IMG/VR virus record: IMGVR_UViG_3300020045_001266
Coordinates: 1 to 43,397 of that record
Source: a virus
Taxonomy: Duplodnaviria > Caudoviricetes
Length of the DNA: 43,397 bases
Direction: 5' to 3' (one strand)
Shown here piece by piece: positions 27,557 to 36,174 of the stretch (position 1 is its first letter; every line of letters starts with the position of its first letter). Below the pieces are notes generated by a model. It was not told the DNA's origin. It saw only the letters and a list, made by a program, of their open reading frames with translations, and ran no database searches. Position numbers and translations under genes: made by a program.

Positions 27557-28045
27557 TTAGATTTGTGCGGCCTTGGCCAGCTCGGCGCGCACGTTGGTGG
27601 TATTGATTCCGTGGCGCACGCGGCGGATGACTTCGGCAGCCGCCTGGTCGATATCGACGGCGCGGACATTCTCCAGCTGGGCATCGTGAGCGGCCATGCC
27701 GGCGTTGATCGCGCGCAGCTCGTCGCCGGTGAACAACACGCGGCCAGTCTTGACGATCCGCTTGCCGCACTCGCACAGTGCATCGCGCGCTGCGATCATG
27801 TCCTGGCGGTACTCGTCACCAATGCCGCGCTCGCACAGAATGTTGCCCATGTTGATCGCACCGACCAGGCGGTCCCAGTCGTCGCGGGTTCCGCTGCCGT
27901 GGCAGATATTGACCAAGGCGCCGTGGTTCAGCAGGTTCAGCTTCACCAGGTGGTCGGCGTGCTCGCCGCTCATGCCACCGAAAAAGGTAGCCATGGGATT
28001 CCTGGCGACGTATTTCGGGGTGTACTTTTTGCGCGGCTTCTTCAT
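27557..28045 (-). CDS. Hypothetical protein
   Basis: Start reassigned to MKKPRKKYTPK (ATGA-coupled to the upstream gene); 162 aa. Confidence 0.7.
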   Translation of the reverse strand: MKKPRKKYTPKYVARNPMATFFGGMSGEHADHLVKLNLLNHGALVNICHGSGTRDDWDRLVGAINMGNILCERGIGDEYRQDMIAARDALCECGKRIVKTGRVLFTGDELRAINAGMAAHDAQLENVRAVDIDQAAAEVIRRVRHGINTTNVRAELAKAAQI

Positions 28046-28206
28046 GGCTTGGCCGCAAGCGCCGCTGCGCGGTGCTCCTTGTACCATGCCGCCTGATAGA
28101 TTGCCGTGCCGCTCAGGCCCGTCTTGCGCGCCGCCTCTGCTGGCGTCATGCCAGCTTTGACCAGACGTTCGGCCTTCTGCATTGCCGCTGAAACTTTTCT
28201 TGCCAC
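28042..28206 (-). CDS. Small HTH protein (54 aa)
   Basis: Not in the ORF track. GTG start with RBS AGGAGG. MARKVSAAMQKAERLVKAGMTPAEAARKTGLSGTAIYQ. Confidence 0.7.
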   Translation of the reverse strand: MARKVSAAMQKAERLVKAGMTPAEAARKTGLSGTAIYQAAWYKEHRAAALAAKP

Positions 28207-28256
28207 GATTCCTCCTGTTTTTGTACTGATAAAGCCGCGTCGTGCGCGGCCAGGGA

Positions 28257-28799
28257 TTAGTAAGGCTTCTCGACCTTGCCTTGATCTTGCAGGCTCTTTA
28301 CCCGGAAAAGGCCTTCAAGCATCGCGTCCATCTGTTGTGCTAGCTGATTACGCAGTCCATCCTTGAGGGCACCGGTAACGCTCAGAACACTATTGCGCAT
28401 TGTTTCACTGAAGTCTGCAGCACATACCTGGGTCATCAGGTATTCAGCCCGCGTCACAGTGTTATAACTGCTGCCATCTGGAGTGCCATTTTTCGCATTA
28501 ACTTTTGCTGTCCAGTAGCCGCTAACAGTCTTTTCCAGTTCGGCACGAAGAGTGGTTTTAGGGCCTGCTGGGTCGCCCCATTGGGTCACTTTCTGGTATT
28601 CATGCTCAAAACTCCCCTTGATTGCGTCGTTAATTGCAGCTTCAATTTGAGTCTGGGCGCGGTCATGGAAGATTTTATCAACTCGGCGATTCACTTCCAG
28701 CCGGATCATGGCCGAAAAATCGTCGCCGCTGTTGATGATTTCGTCAGCCACTTTTGTGACGATGGCTTGCTCGATTGCTTCTTTATTCAGGTCAAACAT
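28257..28799 (-). CDS. Hypothetical protein
   Basis: Start reassigned to ATG 28799 with RBS CAAGGAG; 180 aa; has its own promoter. Confidence 0.7.
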   Translation of the reverse strand: MFDLNKEAIEQAIVTKVADEIINSGDDFSAMIRLEVNRRVDKIFHDRAQTQIEAAINDAIKGSFEHEYQKVTQWGDPAGPKTTLRAELEKTVSGYWTAKVNAKNGTPDGSSYNTVTRAEYLMTQVCAADFSETMRNSVLSVTGALKDGLRNQLAQQMDAMLEGLFRVKSLQDQGKVEKPY

Positions 28800-28846
28800 T
28801 TTCTTCTCCTTGGTTTTAGGTGCGCCGTGTGCGCTGCCATACAAGA

Positions 28847-28875
28847 ACTATAATTCACATAAATTACTTATGCAA
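28847..28875 (-). promoter_or_regulatory. Sigma70-type promoter
   Basis: TTGCAT-N17-TATAGT, with the inverted repeat CATAA-N5-TTATG overlapping the spacer. Confidence 0.65.
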
Positions 28876-28884
28876 GTTATTTAT

Positions 28885-30252
28885 TTAATCAAAGCCACGG
28901 CTGGACACTGGCGCCGAACGCGGTGGCTCAGGATGCCAGCCTTTGGCCAGGTCTTCAAAGCGCGTTAGGTGGCCGATGTAGGCGGTGCGCACGGTGCTGC
29001 TGGCGCCTTGGCGTACGAGCGCGTTGATCAGCTCAGCCGTACCGGCGTCCGGTGAATCGCGGTTGTACACCACATCCTGGTAGACGAAGGTGGCAATGTC
29101 GCAATCCTGTTCGATCGAGCCAGAGTCGCGCAGGTCGGACGGCAGCGGGCGCTTGTTCGGCCTGTCTTCCAGCTTGCGGTTCAACTGCGACAGCAGGGCT
29201 ATCACGCAATCCAATTCCTTGGACAGCGCCTTGAGGCCGCGCGTGATGGCCTCGATCTGCGCATTCCGGTTGTCGCCCGGTCCGCTCATAAGCTGCAGGT
29301 AGTCGACCACCAGCAAGTCTAGTCCGCCAGCCTTGCGCTTGATCTGCATAGCCTTGCCGCGCACCTGCATCAGCGTCAATCCGCCCTGGTCATCCATGTA
29401 CAGCCGCATCTTGGCGATTTTCTCTGTCGCGGTGCCCAGGTGCTGCCATTCCTCATCCGTCAGAAGCTTGGGCGAGCTCAGGTGGTTCAAGTCGATACGG
29501 CCGATGCTGGCCAGGTTCCGGTTGTGCAGCTCGGCCTTACCCATTTCCATCGACAGCACCAGCGCCACGCCGCCGACGGCCACATGGTTGGCGATGTTCA
29601 GCGCCAGCGCCGTCTTACCCATCTTCGGCCGGCCGGCGATCACCCACAGGTTGCCGCGGCGCGGGCCGCCATTCAGGGCGATATCCAGATCGGTGATTCC
29701 GGTGGCCACAGCTGGGGATGCGCTGCCGTGGTATTCCTCGTCCATGCGCACCAGGTGGTGCGATAGGCTCTCGATGGCCAAGTCTGGCTCTCCGTCGACG
29801 TTGGCGCGGCCCAGCGCTTCCAGCTTGCTGGCGGCCGCGTCGACCAGTGCCGGGCCGTCGGCAGCCGAACTATAGGCGTCCTCGATCATGTCGTGCGCCA
29901 GCGCCAGCATGCGACGCTTAATCGCGCGGTCACGCACCACGGCGCAATACGAGGCGATATTCGCGGCACTCGGCATCACCTGGTGCATCTGGCTCAGGTA
30001 GCCGATTTCAACGTCCTTGCCCTGGTCCTTGATGCTGGCGAACACGGTCATGACGTCGGCCGGCTTGTTGGCTGCCACCAGCTGCACGATGGTGCGGTAG
30101 ATCGTGCGGTGCTGTGCATCGAAAAAGTCATCTTCGATCAGTCCGCCTACTTGATCAATTGACCGGTTCAGGCGAAGCAGGCAGCCGATGACGGACTGCT
30201 CTTGCTCCAGCGCCACCATGCGGTCGGTGTAGCGGTCGTCCATTGCGCTCAT
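28885..30252 (-). CDS. dnaB: Replicative DNA helicase
   Basis: Motifs AGRPKMGKT, LSMEM, VVDYLQLM, LSQLNR and SDLRDSGSIEQDCD. Confidence 0.95.
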   Translation of the reverse strand: MSAMDDRYTDRMVALEQEQSVIGCLLRLNRSIDQVGGLIEDDFFDAQHRTIYRTIVQLVAANKPADVMTVFASIKDQGKDVEIGYLSQMHQVMPSAANIASYCAVVRDRAIKRRMLALAHDMIEDAYSSAADGPALVDAAASKLEALGRANVDGEPDLAIESLSHHLVRMDEEYHGSASPAVATGITDLDIALNGGPRRGNLWVIAGRPKMGKTALALNIANHVAVGGVALVLSMEMGKAELHNRNLASIGRIDLNHLSSPKLLTDEEWQHLGTATEKIAKMRLYMDDQGGLTLMQVRGKAMQIKRKAGGLDLLVVDYLQLMSGPGDNRNAQIEAITRGLKALSKELDCVIALLSQLNRKLEDRPNKRPLPSDLRDSGSIEQDCDIATFVYQDVVYNRDSPDAGTAELINALVRQGASSTVRTAYIGHLTRFEDLAKGWHPEPPRSAPVSSRGFD

Positions 30253-31064
30253 GCTGCTTTCCTTTTTGCTGCTTCCGCTGCGTTCTTGGCCTGGATTCCG
30301 GCTGTGGTCAGCGCGCAGTTACCGTTGTTATCGAAATACCACAGCTTGAACCAGTTGCCGCGTACCGACTTCCCGAAGGCCAGGCGCCACGCCTTGTACT
30401 TTTTCGCCCCCTCGATCAGGTAGCGTGCCTTGAACTCGGACCAGTGCAGCGCCAGCACTTCGGTGCTGATGCCGGCCTCAGTCGCATAGGAAAAAACAGC
30501 ATCGCCATCAGGAATCGGTTTGACGTTTTCGGCTTTGCATTCGGCCAGGTAGGTCTTGAGCGAGTAGGCAGCACGAGGTTTTTTCTCGACATCCACGAAG
30601 CCCCCGACAGGGGGTATGGGGGTATTTGTCTTTACTTCTTCTCTTCTCTTCTCTTCTCTAGGTAACGCACTGCTAACGGTTGGTGCGTTAGCGATTTGTG
30701 CAATTGGCGTTACCGAAGCGTTATTTTTGTGGTTTGCGACACGTTTTGCGGTTTGCGCGCGGCTTTTTGCTGACGCTCCGTTGTGCTCTTCGAACCGTGT
30801 CAGCGTGATGCCGCCGGCCGTGTCTTCAATCCAGTCGATGCTCAACAGCGCGGCACCCATACCCGGCACGCCGGATTCACGGTCGATAGCCTTGAGGCTC
30901 AGGCCAGGCATGTGCCCGTTTTGCGTGTGCTCGTCAGCAGACGACCAGAGCCAGTACAGCGCGCCGACAACGGCCGGCTTGCTTGCATCGGTCAGGTCGC
31001 ACAGCTGCGACACGCGGGGGTCGGTCCAGAGATTCGTGCGGACCTTGATCCATTCGCCAGCCAT
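30249..31064 (-). CDS. Replication initiator protein
   Basis: Directly upstream of dnaB. N-terminus MAGEWIKVRTNLWTDPRV, central low-complexity linker with iteron-like DNA, and REEKRREE motif. Confidence 0.75.
   Translation of the reverse strand: MAGEWIKVRTNLWTDPRVSQLCDLTDASKPAVVGALYWLWSSADEHTQNGHMPGLSLKAIDRESGVPGMGAALLSIDWIEDTAGGITLTRFEEHNGASAKSRAQTAKRVANHKNNASVTPIAQIANAPTVSSALPREEKRREEVKTNTPIPPVGGFVDVEKKPRAAYSLKTYLAECKAENVKPIPDGDAVFSYATEAGISTEVLALHWSEFKARYLIEGAKKYKAWRLAFGKSVRGNWFKLWYFDNNGNCALTTAGIQAKNAAEAAKRKAA
30634..30728. repeat. Putative replication origin (iteron-like repeats inside the initiator gene)
   Basis: Five (G)CGTTA/TAACG units in both orientations at 30661-30725, next to a CTCTT tandem tract. 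Confidence 0.5.
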
Positions 31065-31065
31065 A

Positions 31066-31185
31066 TCAAATCCCGCATTTCTCAGCGATGCGACGCATGG
31101 CTACTTGGTATTCTTGAGGAGTGGCGTAAGGGTTTGCTTTTACCCATGCAGCTTTGAGCTGCTCGTATTTCTGATATGAATCCAT
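31066..31185 (-). CDS. Small hypothetical protein (39 aa)
   Basis: MDSYQKYEQLKAAWVKANPYATPQEYQVAMRRIAEKCGI; fills the gap directly before the initiator gene. Confidence 0.65.
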   Translation of the reverse strand: MDSYQKYEQLKAAWVKANPYATPQEYQVAMRRIAEKCGI

Positions 31186-31198
31186 TTCAACCGCCCAT

Positions 31199-31280
31199 AA
31201 AAAAGGCTTCACCTACACTCTCATCCCGAAGGAAGTTGGTCGAACCGGACGGTGCCAGCCAGAGTGTATGTGAAGCCTTA
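31199..31280 (-). ncRNA. C4-like structured RNA / attenuator before the replication genes
   Basis: Stem AAGGCTTCAC-A-TACACTCT / AGAGTGTA-G-GTGAAGCCTT encloses two small hairpins (one cUUCGg) and ends in a T run. Confidence 0.65.
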
Positions 31281-31318
31281 CCGATATTTTGCCGACCAAG
31301 GCAAGACAGACTCTACAA

Positions 31319-31528
31319 TTAAACCTTGATCCTACGCAAGCACTTTGTTGCGCCTGCGAAAAATATTTCATGAACGTCTGCCGGTTTCGCTGCAAATTCC
31401 CGGAACACTTCCGCCTGGCGGTCGACCACCGGCTGGCAATCACCGCGGTGGATTGCGATGTTGCAGCCTGGCCTGTCGCCGTCGCGCATGCGCAGCGGGC
31501 AGTAGCTGGCGTGCGCGCAGGGCTTCAT
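31319..31528 (-). CDS. Hypothetical protein
   Basis: 69 aa, ATGA-coupled to the upstream gene. Confidence 0.5.
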   Translation of the reverse strand: MKPCAHASYCPLRMRDGDRPGCNIAIHRGDCQPVVDRQAEVFREFAAKPADVHEIFFAGATKCLRRIKV

Positions 31529-32238
31529 GGCATGCGCCAGCCGATCAGCTGGTCATAGCCCGGCACCGTGTGGAAGCCATTGCCGTCCAGGTAGACGACC
31601 AGCTCGGCTTCGGCGCCATCCTTGCGCACGCCGATGATCAGGAAGCCGGCCTTCTGCGGGATGCTGGCCAATGGCCTGAGTTTTTGCATAGCGACTTGAC
31701 TCATTTTATTCCCCTCGTTGATGAATTTTTTTGCTGCAGTACTTGATGGATGAAGCTCTGCCTTTGCTGTCATGTAGGCATTATGAGCATCGATGGCATT
31801 AGAAAAACGGCCCAGGTTGTGCATCTTGCCTTTCACCATAATCCTGGAAAGGTATTTTTTATTGGTCTTGCAGTAATTAGCGCCAAGAAGGCCGGTCGTG
31901 ACATTGTTGCTATACGCTTTGTGGATATTGTGAGAATTACTTACCACATCAGTAAGCCGAAGGTTCTGGATAGCATTGTTTGCACGGTCGCCATCAATAT
32001 GGTCGAGCGGTTGTGATGGATACTCGCCGTACATGTAAAGCCAAGCCAGCTGATGCGCCCGGCAGACATTCCCAAGAATCCCAAGAATCACATACCCATG
32101 CTCGTTCACAAAGCCTGCTTGCTTTCCGACATATTTTTTGAACCGGCTTTTCAGTCGAATAAAAATTCCGGTTTCTGGATCATATTTCATGTGATCCCTC
32201 AGCTCGAAAAGCGTGAGCTTCCTGTTTGGCTGCTTCAT
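31525..32238 (-). CDS. HNH-AP2 homing endonuclease read in frame into a 59-aa downstream gene
   Basis: YDPETGIF, RAHQLAWLYMYG..LDHIDGDRANNAIQNLR (HNH) and an AP2-like LGRFSNAIDAHNAY segment. Internal RBS GAGGGG with ATG at 31704. Confidence 0.8.
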   Translation of the reverse strand: MKQPNRKLTLFELRDHMKYDPETGIFIRLKSRFKKYVGKQAGFVNEHGYVILGILGNVCRAHQLAWLYMYGEYPSQPLDHIDGDRANNAIQNLRLTDVVSNSHNIHKAYSNNVTTGLLGANYCKTNKKYLSRIMVKGKMHNLGRFSNAIDAHNAYMTAKAELHPSSTAAKKFINEGNKMSQVAMQKLRPLASIPQKAGFLIIGVRKDGAEAELVVYLDGNGFHTVPGYDQLIGWRMP

Positions 32239-32750
32239 GCTTGCTCCAAAAGTTCGCCTTGCGGCGCTTGCACTTCGATTTTCGCCGGAAATGGCCGGCG
32301 CTCTTGTTTGCATGCCAGCGATAGGATAGCCAGGGCGTCGGCTTCATTGTCGTCGGCTGGCGCGAAGCCGTGCTCTACTGCGCTAGCGATCATCATTTCC
32401 TTCTTTGCCGCACCATTACCGGTCCATGCTTTTTTTACTACACCCACGCCGACGCCGTACATGGGCACCCGGTTGATGTGGCACCAGGTCTGCAGGATAG
32501 CCAGGAAGCCGCCGAAAGCATGCGCCGCGAGCACGCCCTGGTGGCGCTTCACGTCTTCAAAATAAACCGCATGCACGTCGCCGTGCGAGTTGCGCACCTC
32601 GTTCAAGTGCGACATGAAGGCCAGGAACTTGCCGCCGTGGCCGCCGCGTTTGGCCGGCTGGAACCCTTCGCTGCCGCTGTGGATGCTGCCGTCGCGCTTG
32701 GTCAGCGCCCAGCCAAGCTGCGTGCCAATGTCAATTGCAAGAATGTTCAT
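32235..32750 (-). CDS. RuvC-like Holliday junction resolvase
   Basis: Acidic motifs ILAIDIG, VYFEDV, TGNGAAKK and DDNEADALAIL. Confidence 0.8.
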   Translation of the reverse strand: MNILAIDIGTQLGWALTKRDGSIHSGSEGFQPAKRGGHGGKFLAFMSHLNEVRNSHGDVHAVYFEDVKRHQGVLAAHAFGGFLAILQTWCHINRVPMYGVGVGVVKKAWTGNGAAKKEMMIASAVEHGFAPADDNEADALAILSLACKQERRPFPAKIEVQAPQGELLEQA

Positions 32751-33043
32751 GGCTTCAATGCTTTCGGCGTGGTGAGCTTTTTCAGGTAGTCGAGCGCGTG
32801 CTGCTGATCGTCAAAGGCAACGGCGCCATTGGCGCCGATCCATGGACCGGCTGGAACGCCCAGCGTGCGAAACCCGCCCTGTCGCTTATACACGCTGTAG
32901 CCCCAAATATTCAGGCCGCCGCTCAAGGTGAGCTTGGCGCACAGCATCGACGGGAAACAATCGTGGCCATAGACGAACCACAAAGTGCGGTCCACGTACT
33001 GAGGGTGCATCGGGTCGATTGCATTTTCGGCTTTAGTTTTCAT
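32747..33043 (-). CDS. Hypothetical protein
   Basis: Start reassigned to MKTKAENA (coupled to the upstream stop); 98 aa. Confidence 0.6.
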   Translation of the reverse strand: MKTKAENAIDPMHPQYVDRTLWFVYGHDCFPSMLCAKLTLSGGLNIWGYSVYKRQGGFRTLGVPAGPWIGANGAVAFDDQQHALDYLKKLTTPKALKP

Positions 33044-33459
33044 TTCATCAGTCCTTTCTGCTTCAAGATTTTCTGGCTCTCGGCACGCGCCAGGTCGAAA
33101 TACGTGTCGAGCAGGCTGCGCGGCATCTTGCCCGCATAGCCACCGTCCAGAAATGCATGGCAGGCGCTGCAGCCATAACAGCCTTCTTCGTCGCGCGCCT
33201 TGATGCCCATTCCCTTGCCATCCTCGGCGCGGTTCGAATGGCACCAGACCGTGGTTTCGCGGTTGCCGTTGCACACCGGCAGGCGCAGCGTGCAGGCTTC
33301 GCCGCGCGCGCTGGCACGAATCGGCGTCATCTTCGGGCGCTTCGCCTTCATGGCCGCTTTGCGCGCCGGCGCCTTGCGCTGCACCGACGCCGCGCCCAGC
33401 ACGCCGATGGCTGACGTGCGCAGCATTGGCGTCTTGCGTTGTATGGCTGTTCGCTTCAT
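33040..33459 (-). CDS. DUF1364/YbcO-like zinc nuclease-domain protein
   Basis: SARGEACTLRLPVC...TTVWCHSN...GKGMGIKA...GCSACHAFLDG; start reassigned to MKRTAIQRK. Confidence 0.75.
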   Translation of the reverse strand: MKRTAIQRKTPMLRTSAIGVLGAASVQRKAPARKAAMKAKRPKMTPIRASARGEACTLRLPVCNGNRETTVWCHSNRAEDGKGMGIKARDEEGCYGCSACHAFLDGGYAGKMPRSLLDTYFDLARAESQKILKQKGLMK

Positions 33460-33941
33460 GGCTGATACTCCTTCGCAGGCAGCGCCGTGAACTCCACGCC
33501 GTGCGCGCCGCCGAAGGCGTGGACTTGCTCCAGGAACTGCGAGAAGCCGCGGACGGTCAACATGGTGGTGCTGCCGACTAGGTGCCGGCCGCCGTCGATT
33601 GTCGGCAACCATTTTTGGTAACCGTCGCGCACCAGGCCGTTTGCTGGGTCAGCTTCGGGCGTTCCATCTTCGGGCAGAAATTCCTGCTTGAAGAGGTGAT
33701 GCAGGGCAACCGCGCTAAACTGCTGGCCGGCGAACCATGCCTGCTCCGAAATGTCCTTGAGCGGCCCGGCATGGTACAGCGCGTTCTGGTCCAGCTTGCG
33801 CTTGCGCTGCCGCTCCCGCACCACGATTTCCAGCGGTCGCTCGGCATCGGCCGGTAGGTTCTGGATCAGGCGAATGATGCTTTCCCTTTGCGGCTCGCCG
33901 GCCAGAAGGCGCGTCTGCTGTTGGTATTGCTGGCGCGCCAT
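33456..33941 (-). CDS. ninB: NinB-family recombination mediator
   Basis: RKRKLDQNALYH...DISEQ...STTMLTVRGFSQFLEQV..FG..HGVEF. Confidence 0.75.
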   Translation of the reverse strand: MARQQYQQQTRLLAGEPQRESIIRLIQNLPADAERPLEIVVRERQRKRKLDQNALYHAGPLKDISEQAWFAGQQFSAVALHHLFKQEFLPEDGTPEADPANGLVRDGYQKWLPTIDGGRHLVGSTTMLTVRGFSQFLEQVHAFGGAHGVEFTALPAKEYQP

Positions 33942-33943
33942 GA

Positions 33944-34171
33944 TTATTCATCCGCCAGTGCTGCACGCATTTCCGCCACATTGGCGCCCAGGTGCTCATG
34001 CAGGCGCAGCAGCATATTGCTGCCGATGACCAAATCACCGCTGATCGTCTTGGAAATGACTGGCGGCGCCACGCCCAGCTTGCGGCTCAGCTCCGCATAG
34101 TTCTTGATGCGGTGCTCGTGCATCAAGTCGTCAATCAGTTTTTTCTGCTTTTCTGCCACGATTTGCGTCAT
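33944..34171 (-). CDS. Cro-like HTH regulator
   Basis: Start reassigned to ATG 34171 with RBS GGAGG. IKNYAELSRKLGVAPPVISK HTH. First gene of the leftward operon. Confidence 0.75.
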   Translation of the reverse strand: MTQIVAEKQKKLIDDLMHEHRIKNYAELSRKLGVAPPVISKTISGDLVIGSNMLLRLHEHLGANVAEMRAALADE

Positions 34172-34204
34172 GTTTTCCTCCGGTTGGGTTGAATTACAGG
34201 ACAA

Positions 34205-34287
34205 AGATTATCCCCGTTTCGTTATTTTTGCAAGAATAAAAATAATTATCTTTTGTTGTTGCGTTTGTAAATTCCGTGGTGTAAAGT
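34205..34287. promoter_or_regulatory. Divergent early promoters
   Basis: Leftward TTGCAA-N17-TAATCT (34233 to 34205) and rightward TTGCGT-N17-TAAAGT (34259-34287), with an AT-rich core between them. Confidence 0.7.
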
Positions 34288-34337
34288 TCTGTTCATCGGC
34301 GCTGCAACCGCAGCACGTAACCACAAGGAGAAATAGA

Positions 34338-34505
34338 ATGCGCGCACTTCTCGGCATCCTGGCTGCCCATCACATGACGGTCATCAGCCATACCGAAACC
34401 ACGATCACCGTGGAAGCGATCTACACCAAGGACGGCCACGCCTTCATGATGCCGGAAACCATCGACGCCACGCCGCAAGCTGTAAGCGACTGGCTCGGAT
34501 ATTAA
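34338..34505 (+). CDS. Hypothetical early protein (55 aa)
   Basis: RBS CAAGGAG and ATG 34338. Confidence 0.7.
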   Translation: MRALLGILAAHHMTVISHTETTITVEAIYTKDGHAFMMPETIDATPQAVSDWLGY

Positions 34506-34519
34506 TCAAGGGACTAAAC

Positions 34520-34705
34520 ATGGAAACCAAGAAAGCAATCCTGGCCACGCTGCAAGACAGCGGCCCCGCTACCATCCGCGAACTGTACGACGTTATGGCA
34601 GCCACGGAGCCAAGCGCGGCAAGGGAGCATGTATGCCAGGAGCTGCACGGGCTTATCCGGCAGAACTTGGTGAAAGTCGACCTTGGCATCTACAGCGCAA
34701 TTTAA
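34520..34705 (+). CDS. Small winged-helix-like protein
   Basis: AILATLQDSGPATIRELY...LHGLIRQNLVK..LGIY pattern. Confidence 0.6.
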   Translation: METKKAILATLQDSGPATIRELYDVMAATEPSAAREHVCQELHGLIRQNLVKVDLGIYSAI

Positions 34706-34747
34706 CCAACAACCGGGCCGCGTGGCTCGGCATAACGAGGGGGAAGT

Positions 34748-34990
34748 ATGAGCAAGTTTGATGAATTGAAGAAAGAGGCGGGAATCGCCATTGAGCAAAA
34801 ATGGTTTAACCGTTTGCGCGAAGAAGATGCCGCTGCGATCCTTGAACTGCTGGCCATTCAGGCGCAGCTTGTGGAAGCGCTGAAAGATGCGATCAAGGAA
34901 CTGAATGCATATTCCGAAGCTGATTCAGGCGAATCATTCAATAATCCAGCGATGAATGACGCCCTTGCCGCAGCCGGAGCGCAATCATGA
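34748..34990 (+). CDS. Hypothetical protein
   Basis: 80 aa with RBS GAGGGGG. Confidence 0.65.
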   Translation: MSKFDELKKEAGIAIEQKWFNRLREEDAAAILELLAIQAQLVEALKDAIKELNAYSEADSGESFNNPAMNDALAAAGAQS

Positions 34991-35112
34991 AAATCCGCAC
35001 GCAATCGCGCCTCAAGCCCCTGCGCGACTTTATCCGCCAGCCAGCGCTGCATGCTGCAATCGCAGTCATTGCGGCTCTGGCCATCATCGAATACTTTTCT
35101 AAGGCGCCATGA
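34987..35112 (+). CDS. Small membrane protein (41 aa)
   Basis: MKIRTQSRLKPLRDFIRQPALHAAIAVIAALAIIEYFSKAP, ATGA-coupled at both ends. Confidence 0.55.
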   Translation: MKIRTQSRLKPLRDFIRQPALHAAIAVIAALAIIEYFSKAP

Positions 35113-35987
35113 TGAACTTCACATGCAACGAATGCAACGACACCGGCAGCCGCGATAAGAGCGGCGACTACCTGGACTGCGGCCACTGCGACGCGGCTAT
35201 GCAACGCAAGTCGATGAACGACTTCCTAGACAAGCTGCCAGCCATGGGCGATTACGACGCCGCCTGGCTTGTCCACCAGCGGGCGCTTGCCATGGGAATG
35301 GCCGCAAGCGTCGAAGATACGCTGAACGAAATGCAGCCAGGCGGCGCGCTGCACATGCCGCAGGAGCCAGTGGCGCACTTGAAGTTTTGGGCGGCGCAAA
35401 GCTGGAGCGGCAACGGCAATCACGATATCGACTGCGGCGAGGGATTGGAAGTTTGCGAGGCTGGCGAGATTGGTGCTGATGGCAAACCAGCATTTCCTGT
35501 TTTCTTGCACGCAATTCCTGGCGCGCTTGCCATGGCGCCGAAGCAGGAAGCCCCGCGCCAGTGGGTAGCAATCAAGGATTCGGCTTGGGTCAACATCGTC
35601 AACCACGATCACGCGTATGACGGCTGGGACAAGGACGACATTATCAACCACGTCTTCAAGCTGACCGAAGCCAAGTGCAAAGAATTGAACGGGCCAGACG
35701 CTGCCCTGGCAGCCGCCAATGACGCGCTGACGGATGAGCAGATCAACACAATTTGGGAATCTTTGCCAGGCCTAAAGATCGTCGCCGGACGCCCAATAGA
35801 CCATTGGAACCATTTGTTGCGCCATGAATTCGCCCGCCAAGTCCTCGCCGCCGCTGGCCCGGATGCTGCTCTGGTGAAGGCGTTGGAATCGGCGCTTGCC
35901 ATCATCAACAACGAAGCCGACCCGGACGAATACGCGGCACCGTTGAAGCTTATCCGCGCCGCCCTCTCTGGCGCTAAGGGGAATTGA
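35109..35987 (+). CDS. Hypothetical mosaic protein with N-terminal CxxC zinc ribbon
   Basis: 292 aa. CNEC...CGHC, with internal repeated junction motifs. Confidence 0.7.
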   Translation: MMNFTCNECNDTGSRDKSGDYLDCGHCDAAMQRKSMNDFLDKLPAMGDYDAAWLVHQRALAMGMAASVEDTLNEMQPGGALHMPQEPVAHLKFWAAQSWSGNGNHDIDCGEGLEVCEAGEIGADGKPAFPVFLHAIPGALAMAPKQEAPRQWVAIKDSAWVNIVNHDHAYDGWDKDDIINHVFKLTEAKCKELNGPDAALAAANDALTDEQINTIWESLPGLKIVAGRPIDHWNHLLRHEFARQVLAAAGPDAALVKALESALAIINNEADPDEYAAPLKLIRAALSGAKGN

Positions 35988-35988
35988 T

Positions 35989-36174
35989 ATGGACGCCGAA
36001 GAAATGCTTGAAACTTTGCGTGTTGACGCTGACCAAAAATTCTTCAATCACTTCGACTGGGTGTGGTTGAAAAAGATTAAAGGAGGTGTGTCCGATTGCT
36101 GCCTTGTTTCCGATCCCTGCGATTGGCATATCGAAGTAGCTAAAATTAATGCGCCAGGAGTCGGCCATGCATGA
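35989..36174 (+). CDS. Hypothetical protein
   Basis: 61 aa with RBS AAGGGG. Confidence 0.55.
   Translation: MDAEEMLETLRVDADQKFFNHFDWVWLKKIKGGVSDCCLVSDPCDWHIEVAKINAPGVGHA

Noticed and set aside
30634-30660. CTCTT tandem repeat as a contingency locus
   Set aside because: It encodes the REEKRREE linker common in phage replication initiators and keeps the frame.
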